In this document: in pieces, positions 7,977-17,882 of the stretch
Position numbering within the stretch: position 1 is the first letter of the stretch
Layout of the letters: each line of letters starts with the position of its first letter
NCBI GenBank assembly: GCA_016190155.1
Contig: JACPRB010000095.1
Span: 1-47,418 of the forward strand
DNA: 47,418 bases
DNA from: Planctomycetota bacterium
GTDB taxonomy: Bacteria > Planctomycetota > MHYJ01 > JACPRB01
Reading direction: 5' to 3'
Translations under genes and position numbers: made by a program
The notes under the pieces: model-generated
Databases searched by the model: none
Told to the model about the DNA's origin: nothing
What the model saw: only the letters and a program-made list of their open reading frames with translations

Positions 7977-9644
7977 ATGTCGGAGAGAACGGAGAGAGAA
8001 ACCCGGGGCGGAACCGAACCGTCCTCGGACAGGGTGCGCCGCGCCCGCGTGTTCCTGCTGCTGGTGACGGCCGCCTTCCTGGGACTCTCCGTCCGGCTCT
8101 TCGCCGTTCAGGTGAAGGACCACGACGCCCTTCGCGCGCGGCGAGAGAAGCAGCGCCTGGGCCTCGTGGACGTGCGCTCCCCGCGCGGCGCCATTCGGGA
8201 CGCGCGCGGCGAGATCCTCGCGGTCTCCGTGCCCGTTTCGTCGATCTATGCCGTCCCCGCCCAGATCGCGGATCCGGCGGCCCTCGGTCGCGCGCTGGGC
8301 TTCGATGTCGCGTCCAAGCTGAAGCCGGGCCGCGAGTTCGTGTGGCTCAAGCGCCGCGCCACGGAGGAAGACGTCGCGCGCGTCGCGGCATGGCCCGGCG
8401 TCGGGGTGCGCACCGAGCACCTGCGGCGCTTTCCGCACGGCTCGGTCCTCGCCCATGTGCTCGGCATGACGAACGTCGACGACCAGGGCCTTGAGGGCCT
8501 CGAGCGCGTCCTGGAGCCCGTGCTGGCCGGAGAGAGCGAGCGCGGCGCGATCGTGGTCGACGGCCGGCGCGGGAAGCTCTCGTATCCGGAGTCCGAATTC
8601 GGCGCGGCGGACGTGGAGCTGACGATACCGCTCGCCTTCCAATACGTCGTCGAGGAGGCCTTGGATGCCGCCGTGGAACGCTTCCACCCGAAGTGGGCGG
8701 CCGTGGTGGCGATGGATCCGCGCACGGGCGCCGTTCTCGCCCTGGCCAACCGCCCCGCATTCGATCCGAACGCCCCGATCACCGACCCGAAGGCGCATCA
8801 GAACATGGCGATCATCGCGCCCTACGAGCCGGGCTCCACGCTCAAGCCGTTTCTCATCGCGGCGGCGCTCGAGGAGAAGCTCCTCACGCCGAAAACGACG
8901 CTCTTCTGCGAGAACGGGGAATGGAAGCACGGGTCGCGGAGGCTGCACGACCACGAGTCCTACGGCACGCTCACCGTCAAGGACATCATCGCCAAGTCGA
9001 GCAACGTCGGCGCCGCCAAGATCGGCGCGCTCGTGCTGGGCCGGGCGCGGATGAAGAAATGGGTGGAGGCGTTCGGCTTCGGCGAGAAGACCGGCGTCGA
9101 GTTCCCGCTGGAACACCCGGGAAGCGTCGCCCCGCGGGGGTGGAACGAATTCACGCTGACGTCGATTCCCATCGGCCATGAGATCGCGGTCACGATGTTG
9201 CAGCTGGCGCGGGCCATGTCGGCGATCGTCAACGGGGGACGCCTCGTGCGTCCGTACGTCGTGCGCCGCCTGGTATCGCCGGGCGGCGACGAGCTGTGGG
9301 CGGCGCGCCTCGTCGAGGAACGCATGGTCCTGTCGCCGCGGGTGTGCGATCAGATGCGCGAGATCCTGGTCGAGGTGGTCAAGAACGGAACCGGCAAGAA
9401 CGCCGCCGTCGAAGGCGTGCTCGTGGGGGGGAAGACGGGCACGACCCAGAAGGTCGATCCGGCGACGGGGCGATACACGAGCCAGCGGCACATCGCTTCC
9501 TTCGTGGGCTTCGCGCCCGCGGAGGACCCGCGCGTGTGCGTGGCCGTCGTGCTGGACGAGCCGCAGGGGGCGTATTACGGCGGGACCGTGGCCGCGCCGG
9601 TGTTCGCCGAGATCGTGAGGAGGGGACTGCCGCACTTGAAGTGA
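7977..9644 (+). CDS. ftsI: Class B penicillin-binding protein (FtsI/PBP3-like)
   Basis: N-terminal TM, RGAIRDARG, EPGSTLK (SxxK), SSN, KTGT. Confidence 0.93.
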   Translation: MSERTERETRGGTEPSSDRVRRARVFLLLVTAAFLGLSVRLFAVQVKDHDALRARREKQRLGLVDVRSPRGAIRDARGEILAVSVPVSSIYAVPAQIADPAALGRALGFDVASKLKPGREFVWLKRRATEEDVARVAAWPGVGVRTEHLRRFPHGSVLAHVLGMTNVDDQGLEGLERVLEPVLAGESERGAIVVDGRRGKLSYPESEFGAADVELTIPLAFQYVVEEALDAAVERFHPKWAAVVAMDPRTGAVLALANRPAFDPNAPITDPKAHQNMAIIAPYEPGSTLKPFLIAAALEEKLLTPKTTLFCENGEWKHGSRRLHDHESYGTLTVKDIIAKSSNVGAAKIGALVLGRARMKKWVEAFGFGEKTGVEFPLEHPGSVAPRGWNEFTLTSIPIGHEIAVTMLQLARAMSAIVNGGRLVRPYVVRRLVSPGGDELWAARLVEERMVLSPRVCDQMREILVEVVKNGTGKNAAVEGVLVGGKTGTTQKVDPATGRYTSQRHIASFVGFAPAEDPRVCVAVVLDEPQGAYYGGTVAAPVFAEIVRRGLPHLK

Positions 9645-9771
9645 GTCCGCCGGGACAGGAGAGAGGGGGAAACGCATGCCGAGGGATCCGCGCCAATCGC
9701 AATTCAGTCCGCTTCGAGAGATCTACCTGGACACGTCGCCGGTGCACTATCGGCGCAGAAGGGAGGACGTC

Positions 9772-11244
9772 ATGGCCGTGCCGCTGAGCGTCGTTGTGGA
9801 AGGCATCGCGGGCGAGCGCCACGCGTTCCGTGAGGTGGAGATCCGCGGCGTGACCTGCGACTCTCGCCAGGTCCAGGAGGGCTTCCTCTTCGTGGCCATC
9901 CCGGGCGACAAGGACGACGGCCGCCGCTTCATGCATGACGCCGTGCACCGGGGTGCCGCCGCCGTGGTGGCGCAGAAGCCGCTTGAGGAGCGGGCGGACG
10001 TGCCGATGCTGCTGGTGCGCGACGCGCGGGCGGCCCTGGCGGACGCGGCGGGACGATTCTACGGGAGCCCGACGCGGAAGCTCAACGTCGTCGGCGTCAC
10101 CGGCACGAAGGGGAAAAGCACCACGACGTACCTCTCGCGGGCGATCCATGAGGCCGCCGGGGAGCGGGTGGGGCTCCTGGGGACGATTCAGTACGCGTTG
10201 GGTCAGCGCGTGCAGGCGGCGCCCATGACGACTCCACCCGCGGATGAGCTGCAGCGGTACTTCGCGGACATGGTGGCGGCCGGGTGCAAGACGGCGGTGA
10301 TGGAAGTCTCCTCGCACGCGCTGGCGCAGCAGCGGGCGCGCGCCGTCCGATTCGCCGCCGGCATCTTCACGAACTTCGCCCACGATCACCTCGACTATCA
10401 CAAGACGAAGGCGGAGTATCGCGCCGCCAAGGCGCGGCTCTTCGCGCAGCTGCCGGACCATGCGATCGCGGCGCTCAATGCGGACGATGCGTCGTACGGA
10501 TATTTCGCGCGGCGGACGAAGGCGCGCGTGGTGGGCTACGGCTTGGATCCGAAGCTCGAGGCGCACGCGGAGATCGAGAGGATCACGTTCAGCGGAACTC
10601 GGCTGCGCCTGACGCTGGGAACGGAGGCGGTCTCGCTCCGTTCGCGGCTCGTCGGTCGACACAATGTGTACAACATCCTGGCGGCCTCGGCGGCCGCGTG
10701 GGGCATGGGCTACGACCTCGAGCACATCAAGGCCGGCATCGAGGGCATGACGGCCGTGCCCGGCCGGCTGGAGCCGGTGGACGCGGGCCAGGACTTCGCC
10801 GTCTTCGTCGATTACGCGCACACGGAGGATTCGCTGCGCAACGTCCTGAGCGCGCTGCGGCCGCTCACGCCCGGCCGCCTCATCGCGGTCTTCGGGTGCG
10901 GGGGCGATCGCGATCGGGCCAAGCGTCCGAAGATGGGCGCGGTGGCCGAGGAGCTCGCGGATTTCTTCGTCCTCACCAGCGACAACCCGCGCACCGAGGA
11001 TCCCGTGGAGATCATTCGGCAGATCGAGATCGGCACGCAGCGCTCGTCGAAGCACGTGACGGAGCCGGATCGTTACGCGGCGATTCGCCTGGCGATCTCG
11101 ATGGCGCGCAAGGACGACACGATCCTCATCGCGGGCAAGGGGCACGAAACGGTCCAGATCATCGGCCCGGAGACGCGGCCGTTCGACGATCGCGCGGTGG
11201 CGCGGGAGATTCTCGGAGAAACCGTGAGGACGAGACATGATTAA
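9772..11244 (+). CDS. murE: UDP-MurNAc-dipeptide--meso-DAP ligase MurE (alternative start 9676)
   Basis: GVTGTKGKSTT, MEVSSH, DYAHT, FGCGGDRD, SDNPR (DAP-type), AGKGHE; GGAGG before ATG 9772. Confidence 0.96.
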   Translation: MAVPLSVVVEGIAGERHAFREVEIRGVTCDSRQVQEGFLFVAIPGDKDDGRRFMHDAVHRGAAAVVAQKPLEERADVPMLLVRDARAALADAAGRFYGSPTRKLNVVGVTGTKGKSTTTYLSRAIHEAAGERVGLLGTIQYALGQRVQAAPMTTPPADELQRYFADMVAAGCKTAVMEVSSHALAQQRARAVRFAAGIFTNFAHDHLDYHKTKAEYRAAKARLFAQLPDHAIAALNADDASYGYFARRTKARVVGYGLDPKLEAHAEIERITFSGTRLRLTLGTEAVSLRSRLVGRHNVYNILAASAAAWGMGYDLEHIKAGIEGMTAVPGRLEPVDAGQDFAVFVDYAHTEDSLRNVLSALRPLTPGRLIAVFGCGGDRDRAKRPKMGAVAEELADFFVLTSDNPRTEDPVEIIRQIEIGTQRSSKHVTEPDRYAAIRLAISMARKDDTILIAGKGHETVQIIGPETRPFDDRAVAREILGETVRTRHD

Positions 11245-12589
11245 TCTCCATCTCGGCGAGATCGCCCGGCTCTTGGGAGCGACGGTGGACGGCGCGATCG
11301 ACGGCGTGACGGCGTGCGGCATGTCCGCGGATACGCGCACGGTGCGGCCGGGAGAGATCTTCTTCGCGTTGCGCGGAGGCCACGAGCATGTGGCGGAGGC
11401 GTTCCGAAAGGGCGCGTGCGCGGCCGTGGTCGAGCGCGACGTGCTGGGGCGCGGGCTGCTCCTGCGCGTGCAGAGCACGATCGCCGCGCTGGGCGCCTTG
11501 GCGGGCGTGTATCGACTGATGCTGGACGCGCGCGTCGTCGCCGTCACGGGCTCCAACGGGAAGACCACGACGAAGGACATGATCGCGCACATCCTTTCGA
11601 AGAGCCGGCGGGTGGTGCGTTCGCGCGCGAGCTTCAACAACGACATCGGATTGCCGCTGACGATCGTGAGCACGCCCGCGGAGGCGGAGTTCCTCGTGGT
11701 GGAGCTCGGCACGAATCATCCGGGCGACATCGCGCGGCTGGCTCAGTGGGCGCGGCCCGACGCGGCGGTGATCACGTCGATCGGCGAGGCTCACCTGGAG
11801 GGGTTGGGATCGCTGGAGGGAGTGGCGGCGGAGAAGGCGTCGCTCCTGCGTCACTTGAAGAGCGGCGGCTTCGCGGTGGTGCCGGCCGAGGAGGCGACGC
11901 TGGCGCCGCATCTGTGTCGCATGCGATCCGAGAGGATCGTCCTGTTCGGTTTCGACGAGCGGGCCGACCTGCGGGTGACGGATTTCGCGCGCACGCCGGA
12001 AGGCATCCGGTTCCTGTGCCGGGGCACGGAGTTCCGGCTGGCCCTGGCGGGGCCTTGGAACGCGCTGAACGCCATCGCCGCGACGGCTGTCGCGATGATG
12101 TACGGGGTGCCGCTTCCGGAGTGCGCGGCGCGCCTGGCGAGCTTCCGTCCTCCCAAGATGCGCATGGAGCGTCTGGAGATCGACGGGACGACGATCATCA
12201 ACGACGCGTACAACGCGAATCCCGTCTCGACCCGCGGGGCGCTCCTGGAGTTCGATCGCCTGCCGTGTCGCGGGAAGAAGATCGCCGTGATCGGCGAGAT
12301 GCGTGAGCTCGGGGCGGAATCCGATCGCCTGCACGAAGAGATCGGGCGGCTGTTGATGGAGCTTTCGTCGGTCGATGCCGTCGTCACGATCGGTCCGGCG
12401 GCGCGGCGGATGGGCATGGCGTTCCACTATGACACGGTGGAAGAGGCGCGGAGTCTGTTGTGCGCGATCGTGGAGCGCGGGGACCTCGTGCTTCTGAAGG
12501 GATCGCGGGCGGTGGGATTGGAGAACGTCGTGAAATTCCTGGCGGAGAGAATGTCCGAGGCGCGAGGCCATGCTCCTGCGACTGTTTAG
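11237..12589 (+). CDS. murF: UDP-MurNAc-tripeptide--D-Ala-D-Ala ligase MurF
   Basis: VTGSNGKTTTK, SFNNDIGLP, INDAYNANP, GEMRELG, LKGSR. Confidence 0.96.
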   Translation: MINLHLGEIARLLGATVDGAIDGVTACGMSADTRTVRPGEIFFALRGGHEHVAEAFRKGACAAVVERDVLGRGLLLRVQSTIAALGALAGVYRLMLDARVVAVTGSNGKTTTKDMIAHILSKSRRVVRSRASFNNDIGLPLTIVSTPAEAEFLVVELGTNHPGDIARLAQWARPDAAVITSIGEAHLEGLGSLEGVAAEKASLLRHLKSGGFAVVPAEEATLAPHLCRMRSERIVLFGFDERADLRVTDFARTPEGIRFLCRGTEFRLALAGPWNALNAIAATAVAMMYGVPLPECAARLASFRPPKMRMERLEIDGTTIINDAYNANPVSTRGALLEFDRLPCRGKKIAVIGEMRELGAESDRLHEEIGRLLMELSSVDAVVTIGPAARRMGMAFHYDTVEEARSLLCAIVERGDLVLLKGSRAVGLENVVKFLAERMSEARGHAPATV

Positions 12590-13643
12590 CGCGGATTACC
12601 TGAAGCTGATCACGCCCCGGGCGGCGATGGCGGGCGTGGGGGCGCTGCTGCTGTGTCTGCTGGTGGGGCCGCGCGTCATCGCGTGGCTGCGACGCAGGAA
12701 GCTGGGCGAGCGGACGGAGAAGGGGGATTCGCGGCGGCTGGACGACATCATGCGCGCGAAGAAGGATACGCCGACGATGGGCGGGTTGTTCCTGAGCGCG
12801 GCGGTGTTGCTGGCGATGGGGCTGTTCGCCAACACGAGCAATCGCGTGGTGCCGATCCTGGTCTCGGCGGTGGTGGCTCTCTGCGCGCTGGGAGCGGTGG
12901 ACGACTGGATGAAGCTCTCGGGCCGGCGCCGGACGGGGATGCCCGCGTATCTCAAGCTCCTGGGGCAGTGCGTCATCGGATACAGCGCGGGCTGCTGGCT
13001 GTTCGTGGCGCTCCTGCGCACGGATCCGGGGCAGGCGTCTCGATTGCATGTCCCGCTGATGGGGACGATGGATCTGGGGATCGCGTATCCGCTCTTTGTG
13101 ATGCTCGTGACGGTGGCGAGTTCCAACGCGGTGAACATCACCGACGGGTTGGACGGGCTGGCTGGCGGGTGTCTGGCGATCTCGTTCTTCGCCTTCGCGA
13201 TGATCGCCTACGCGGTGGGGCGGGTCGACTTCAGCGGGTATCTCGGCGTGCCTTATGTGCGGGCGAGCGCGGAGGTATCGGTCTTCTGCGCCGCGGCGCT
13301 GGGCGCGACGCTGGGATTCCTTTGGTTCAACAGCCATCCGGCGCAGGTCTTCATGGGCGACTCGGGGTCGCTGCCGATGGGAGGGGCGTTGGGATTGGCG
13401 GCGTGCGCGACGAAGCAGGAGTTCCTGTTGGCGCTGGTCGGGGGCGTGTTCGTCGTCGAGGCGGGGTCGAGCCTGGCGCAGATTCTGTGGTTCAAGGCGA
13501 CGGGGCGGCGGCTGTTCCGCATCGCGCCGCTGCATCATCACTATCAGTTCGGGGGGGTGCCCGAGACGAAGATCGTGACGCGCTTCTGGATCGGCGCGGC
13601 GGTGTTGGCGGTGGCGAGTTTGGCGACGTTGAAGTTGAGGTGA
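12570..13643 (+). CDS. mraY: Phospho-MurNAc-pentapeptide transferase MraY
   Basis: KKDTPTMGG, DDW, NAVNITDGLDGL, PAQVFMGDSGS, APLHHHY; multiple TMs. Confidence 0.97.
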   Translation: MLLRLFSADYLKLITPRAAMAGVGALLLCLLVGPRVIAWLRRRKLGERTEKGDSRRLDDIMRAKKDTPTMGGLFLSAAVLLAMGLFANTSNRVVPILVSAVVALCALGAVDDWMKLSGRRRTGMPAYLKLLGQCVIGYSAGCWLFVALLRTDPGQASRLHVPLMGTMDLGIAYPLFVMLVTVASSNAVNITDGLDGLAGGCLAISFFAFAMIAYAVGRVDFSGYLGVPYVRASAEVSVFCAAALGATLGFLWFNSHPAQVFMGDSGSLPMGGALGLAACATKQEFLLALVGGVFVVEAGSSLAQILWFKATGRRLFRIAPLHHHYQFGGVPETKIVTRFWIGAAVLAVASLATLKLR

Positions 13644-13647
13644 CTCC

Positions 13648-14172
13648 TCAGATCCTCTGCATCTCGATGACGAAGTCCGGCCCGTCGTCTTCGGGGTAGG
13701 CGTCCGGATCGTGCAGGAATTCGTGTTCCATCTCCTGGGTCGCGTCCACTGTCAGACCGAGTTGGTAGACGCCCGGTTGCACGGTGACCGCCGGCTCCAG
13801 CGCGGGCGAGCCCAGTTCGCGCAGGGAGGCGATGATCAGTTCTCCTGTCGGACAGACCAGATAGCGTTCGCGCGTCTCGTGCCCCAGGAACGGTTCGTAT
13901 TGCGCGGGAGTGAACTCGCGCGGGGTCTCTTCGGGCCAAACCGTGAATTCGCCCTTGAACACGCCGTCGAAAAGGACGATCCAGGCGAGCAGGTCCCCGC
14001 GGTCTTGAAACCGCCCCCAGAACGCGTTGAAGTCGGCGATGTCGGTCTCCGGGTGCGTGAGGACGCGACGGGCCCTCCAGGGGATGCGCGGATCGTTTAC
14101 CGGCGACGCGCGATCGAAGATCCCGAGATAGCAGCCCTCGGTCTTGACCAGCTTGTTCACGCGCTTGATCAC
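13648..14172 (-). CDS. Hypothetical acidic protein (174 aa)
   Basis: Natural-looking composition and GC3 bias; converges on mraY; no family recognised. Confidence 0.65.
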   Translation of the reverse strand: MIKRVNKLVKTEGCYLGIFDRASPVNDPRIPWRARRVLTHPETDIADFNAFWGRFQDRGDLLAWIVLFDGVFKGEFTVWPEETPREFTPAQYEPFLGHETRERYLVCPTGELIIASLRELGSPALEPAVTVQPGVYQLGLTVDATQEMEHEFLHDPDAYPEDDGPDFVIEMQRI

Positions 14173-14349
14173 CAGGTCATTGGAGCAGCGGAACCCGGCG
14201 CGGGCAACTTCGAAGCCTCACCATTTGCTTGATTCCAAGTTCCGTAGGGATACCATGGCCGCAGCCTCCGTGCGCATCTTGAGCTTTCGGCTGCGGGTCG
14301 TGAATCTGGGCGGAGGCGGGATCCGCGACCGAATCAACAGGGGGATCTT

Positions 14350-15276
14350 ATGCCGCGTCCAAAAGTCGGAATCGTCGGCGCCGGAAACGTCGGCGCCGCT
14401 TGCGCCTTCATCCTGCAGAAGAGGAACGTCGCCGACGTCGTCATGAGCGACATCGTGCAGGGCCTTCCGCAAGGCAAGGCCCTCGACATGAACCAGTGCC
14501 GCCAGGTCGATCACCACAGCACCCGCGTCACGGGCACCAACGAGATCAGCGACATGCGGGATTGCCAGGTGGTCGTCATCACGGCCGGAGTGCCGCGCAA
14601 GCCGGGCATGACGCGCGAACAGTTGCTCGACGTCAACGCCGGCATCATCAAGGACGTCTGCTCGAAGCTGCTCGGCACGGGCGCCAAGCCGGTCATTATC
14701 GTCGTGACGAATCCGCTGGACGTCATGACCTACGTCGCGCTCAAGATCACGGGGTTTCCGCGCGCGCGCGTGCTGGGCATGGCGGGCATGCTGGATTCGA
14801 ATCGCTACGCGCACTTCATCGCGGAGCGCCTGCAGGTTTCGCCGCGCGACATCAGCGCCATGGTGCTGGGCTCGCACGGCGACACGATGGTTCCGCTTCC
14901 GCGCTTCACCACGGTGGCGGGCATCCCGATCACGGAGCTGCTGCCGAAGGAGGAGTGTGACCAGCTGGCGATTCGGGCGCGCGACGGCGGGATCGAGATC
15001 GTGAACTTCCTCAAGACGAGCGCGTGGTTGGCGCCGGGAAGTTCCATCGCGTCGATGGTCGAGGCGATCCTCAACGACGAGAACCGGGTCATGCCGTGCG
15101 CGGCGTATCTGGACGGCGAGTACGGCCTCACGGACGTCGTGGTCGGCGTGCCCTGCAAGCTCGGCGACGGTGGCATCAAGGAGGTCATGAAGCTCAAGCT
15201 CTTGCCCGACGAGCTGGCCGCGCTGAAGAAGTCTGCGGCGGTCGTGAAGGAGAACTGCGGCTTGCTGAAACTGTAG
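14350..15276 (+). CDS. mdh: Malate dehydrogenase (LDH-like)
   Basis: GAGNVG, TAGVPRKPGMTR, VTNPLD, LDSNR, VLGSHGD. Confidence 0.93.
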   Translation: MPRPKVGIVGAGNVGAACAFILQKRNVADVVMSDIVQGLPQGKALDMNQCRQVDHHSTRVTGTNEISDMRDCQVVVITAGVPRKPGMTREQLLDVNAGIIKDVCSKLLGTGAKPVIIVVTNPLDVMTYVALKITGFPRARVLGMAGMLDSNRYAHFIAERLQVSPRDISAMVLGSHGDTMVPLPRFTTVAGIPITELLPKEECDQLAIRARDGGIEIVNFLKTSAWLAPGSSIASMVEAILNDENRVMPCAAYLDGEYGLTDVVVGVPCKLGDGGIKEVMKLKLLPDELAALKKSAAVVKENCGLLKL

Positions 15277-15291
15277 CGGCGCCGGCCTTCC

Positions 15292-15492
15292 TCAGAAGAT
15301 CGCGCGGACGGTGAGGACGAGCCCCACGAGAAACAGGGGGATGCCCGCGACGGGAATTCCCAGGGGCTCGATGAGCAGCAGCCCCGCGCCCATGAGGAGG
15401 AACCCGACGGCGCCCATCGTCACGCGTCCCACGACCTTCATGAGAAAGCCGGCCGCGCGCAGGGGCGCCAGGAAGATGTCGCGGAAGTTCAT
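15292..15492 (-). CDS. Small two-TM membrane protein (66 aa)
   Basis: MNFRDIF...; ATGA overlap with the upstream gene stop; hydrophobic. Confidence 0.7.
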   Translation of the reverse strand: MNFRDIFLAPLRAAGFLMKVVGRVTMGAVGFLLMGAGLLLIEPLGIPVAGIPLFLVGLVLTVRAIF

Positions 15493-16160
15493 TCGACGGG
15501 GCTCCGACTCTGGGCCGTCCTGTTCTCGATTTCGACGACGAGGCGGCCTGCCTCCGTGGCCTCTTCGCTCTCGGGGTCCGCTTTGGCGAGTTCGACGGCC
15601 TTCTGGCGGGCGAGGTCCCACATCTCCAGCTCCATGTACGTCCTGATGTGCTGCAGCCTCTTGCGGAGCTCGTCCTTGCGCTGGGGGGCAGGCGAGGCCG
15701 GCGGCGTCGGCGGTGCCGGTTTGGGTTCCGCCTTCCAGCGCAGCTCATGCATGTTGCGCTCGACGATCTCCGCCTGCGGAGTGCCCGGGAAACGTTCGAG
15801 AATCTCGTTGGCCTTTTCGAGCGCCAAGTCCCACATTTCAAGGCCGACATGGGTGCGCATCTGTTGGAGCAGCGCGGGTGCGTCGGGGGTTTCGGCGGGT
15901 TTCTCCGGGGCCGGCGCCGGTGCAGGCGCCTTGCTCGCCGGGGGCGCCGGGACGCGCGTCCATCGCAGCGTCAGGCCGAAGAGCGCCGCGAACGAGAATC
16001 CGCCCAGCGCGAGCAGCCACGCGTGCTCGAAGGTCGGCCGCGCCGTCGCGGTTGGATCGACGATCGTCCAGACGCCCAAGGCGACTCCCCCGCCGGCGGC
16101 GATTACGCCGCCGAGCGCGAGCAGCGTCACGAAGAGGCCGCGAATCAGTCGAATGGCCAT
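15489..16160 (-). CDS. Membrane protein with two TMs and a duplicated TPR-like 'LEMWDLA' repeat (223 aa)
   Basis: ATG 16160 after GGAGG; repeats MRTHVGLEMWDLALEKA and IRTYMELEMWDLARQKA separated by a Pro-rich linker. Confidence 0.75.
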   Translation of the reverse strand: MAIRLIRGLFVTLLALGGVIAAGGGVALGVWTIVDPTATARPTFEHAWLLALGGFSFAALFGLTLRWTRVPAPPASKAPAPAPAPEKPAETPDAPALLQQMRTHVGLEMWDLALEKANEILERFPGTPQAEIVERNMHELRWKAEPKPAPPTPPASPAPQRKDELRKRLQHIRTYMELEMWDLARQKAVELAKADPESEEATEAGRLVVEIENRTAQSRSPVE

Positions 16161-16383
16161 GGTTGAAACCCTCCATACATTGAGACGCATCGAGGGCGAT
16201 GTCAATGGCGATGCTTTCAATTGCCGCAGGCCCCGGGGGGAACTATAAGAGACAACGACCCAAGATGAAGCTGACCCACCGCGGATTGCACGGATTGACC
16301 GAGCCGGGAAAGTCCGCGGTCGCTTCTCTTGAATCCATGATCGGTCTTGGCTTCGTCGCGGATCATTGATGAAAGAAGCCCTC

Positions 16384-17529
16384 ATGCGTCTCTCCACCCG
16401 CGCCGTTCACGGCGTCCACCCGCAGCCGAGTGTTACGGAGCCGATCGCGCCGCCGATCAGCGTGGCTTCCGTCTACGCGCATCCCGACTTGGATGTGCTG
16501 GAGGCCGTGGCCGCAGGTCGCCGGCCGGCATGGCACTATCGTCGTTACGGCCATCCCAACGGGCGGCTCTTGGAAGAGACCGTCGCCGCGCTGGAAGGCG
16601 GCGAAGACGCGCTGGCGTGCGCCTCCGGGCAGTCCGCGTCGCTCGTGCTCTTCTGGAGCGCGCTGGCCAAGGGCGATCATGTCGTCTCGGCGCAGGAGAT
16701 CTACGGCGGGACGTACTCGCTGCTGGATCGACAGGGGCCGCGCCTGGGCATCGAAGTGTCGTTTGTTCCATGCGAGCCGGAGGCGATCGAGCGCGCCTTG
16801 CGGCCGAACACGCGCGCGATCTTCTTTGAGACCATCACGAATCCTCTCATTCGCGTGCCCGATGCGAAGCGGATCATTGGGATCGCCAAGAAGGCGGGTG
16901 CGGCGGTCTTTGTCGACAACACGTTCGCCACGCCGGTGCTGGCGCGGCCGCTCCTGTGGGGGGCGGACGTGGTGCTGCACAGCGGGACGAAGTTTCTGGG
17001 CGGCCACGGCGACGCGATGTCGGGCTTGCTGGTGGGAAAGCGGGAGTTCGTCAGGCGGGCGCGGAAGCTGGCGGTCTCGCTGGGAGCTGCGGTGTCGCCG
17101 TTCGACGCGTGGTTGACGCTGCGGGGTGTACGAACGCTGTCGCTGCGCGTCCGGCGTGCGTCGGCCAACGCTCATCGGTTGGCCGCGTTTCTGTCGCGGA
17201 AGGTCCGGGTCCACTATCCGGGCTTGCCTCGGGATCCGTCGCACCAGGTGGCCGAGGATCTCCTGAACGGGGCGTACGGGGCGATGCTGTCGTTCGATCT
17301 GGGCGGATGGGCGGCGGCGAAGCGGTTCGTGAAGGCATGCCGGCTGGTGCGGCTGGTGCCGAGCCTCGGCGACGTGGCGACGACGATGACGCATCCGGCG
17401 CGCTGTTCGCACGCCTATCTGACGCCGGAGGAGCGTCGGCGCGTCGGCGTGGGCGAGGGGCTGATCCGCGTGTCGACCGGCGTGGAGGACATCGAGGACA
17501 TTCTCGAGGAATTCAGGAGGGCGTTATGA
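16384..17529 (+). CDS. PLP-dependent Cys/Met metabolism enzyme (cystathionine gamma-synthase/lyase family)
   Basis: STRAVHG, YRRYGHPN, ETITNP, DNTFATP, HSGTKFLGGH (PLP Lys), SLGDV, IRVSTGVED. Confidence 0.9.
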   Translation: MRLSTRAVHGVHPQPSVTEPIAPPISVASVYAHPDLDVLEAVAAGRRPAWHYRRYGHPNGRLLEETVAALEGGEDALACASGQSASLVLFWSALAKGDHVVSAQEIYGGTYSLLDRQGPRLGIEVSFVPCEPEAIERALRPNTRAIFFETITNPLIRVPDAKRIIGIAKKAGAAVFVDNTFATPVLARPLLWGADVVLHSGTKFLGGHGDAMSGLLVGKREFVRRARKLAVSLGAAVSPFDAWLTLRGVRTLSLRVRRASANAHRLAAFLSRKVRVHYPGLPRDPSHQVAEDLLNGAYGAMLSFDLGGWAAAKRFVKACRLVRLVPSLGDVATTMTHPARCSHAYLTPEERRRVGVGEGLIRVSTGVEDIEDILEEFRRAL

Positions 17530-17882
17530 CGGAGGCGTCGCCGGCGGGGTCAGGAGCGAGGATCACGTTGGAGGAATTCAAGAAGATCGACCTGCGCGTC
17601 GCGAAGGTCTTGGAAGTGGCGGACCATCCCAACGCGACGAAGCTGCTGGTGCTCAAGGTCGATTTAGGCACGGAGCAGCGCCAGCTCGTGGCGGGGATCA
17701 AGCCGTGGACGCCGGATCCGCAGGCGCTGGTGGGGAAGGAGGTCGTGGTCGTCGCGAACCTACAGCCGGCCATGCTGCGCGGGGTGGAGTCCAACGGGAT
17801 GCTCTTGGCGGCGAGCGGAGGGACGGACGTGGCGGTGCTGGCGCCGATTCGCGAGGTGCCGCCGGGCAGTCCGGTGAGCTGA
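17526..17882 (+). CDS. Stand-alone tRNA-binding OB-fold protein (MetRS C-terminal/Trbp111/CsaA family)
   Basis: ITLEEFKKIDLRV, HPNA.KLL, QLVAGI, NLQPA.LRGVESNGMLLAA; ATGA-coupled. Confidence 0.88.
   Translation: MTEASPAGSGARITLEEFKKIDLRVAKVLEVADHPNATKLLVLKVDLGTEQRQLVAGIKPWTPDPQALVGKEVVVVANLQPAMLRGVESNGMLLAASGGTDVAVLAPIREVPPGSPVS

Noticed and set aside
14254-14302. Hairpin in the mdh leader
   Set aside because: It overlaps the likely -10 (TACCAT 14251-14256), so most of the 5' arm may not be transcribed, and GC-rich stems arise easily by chance.
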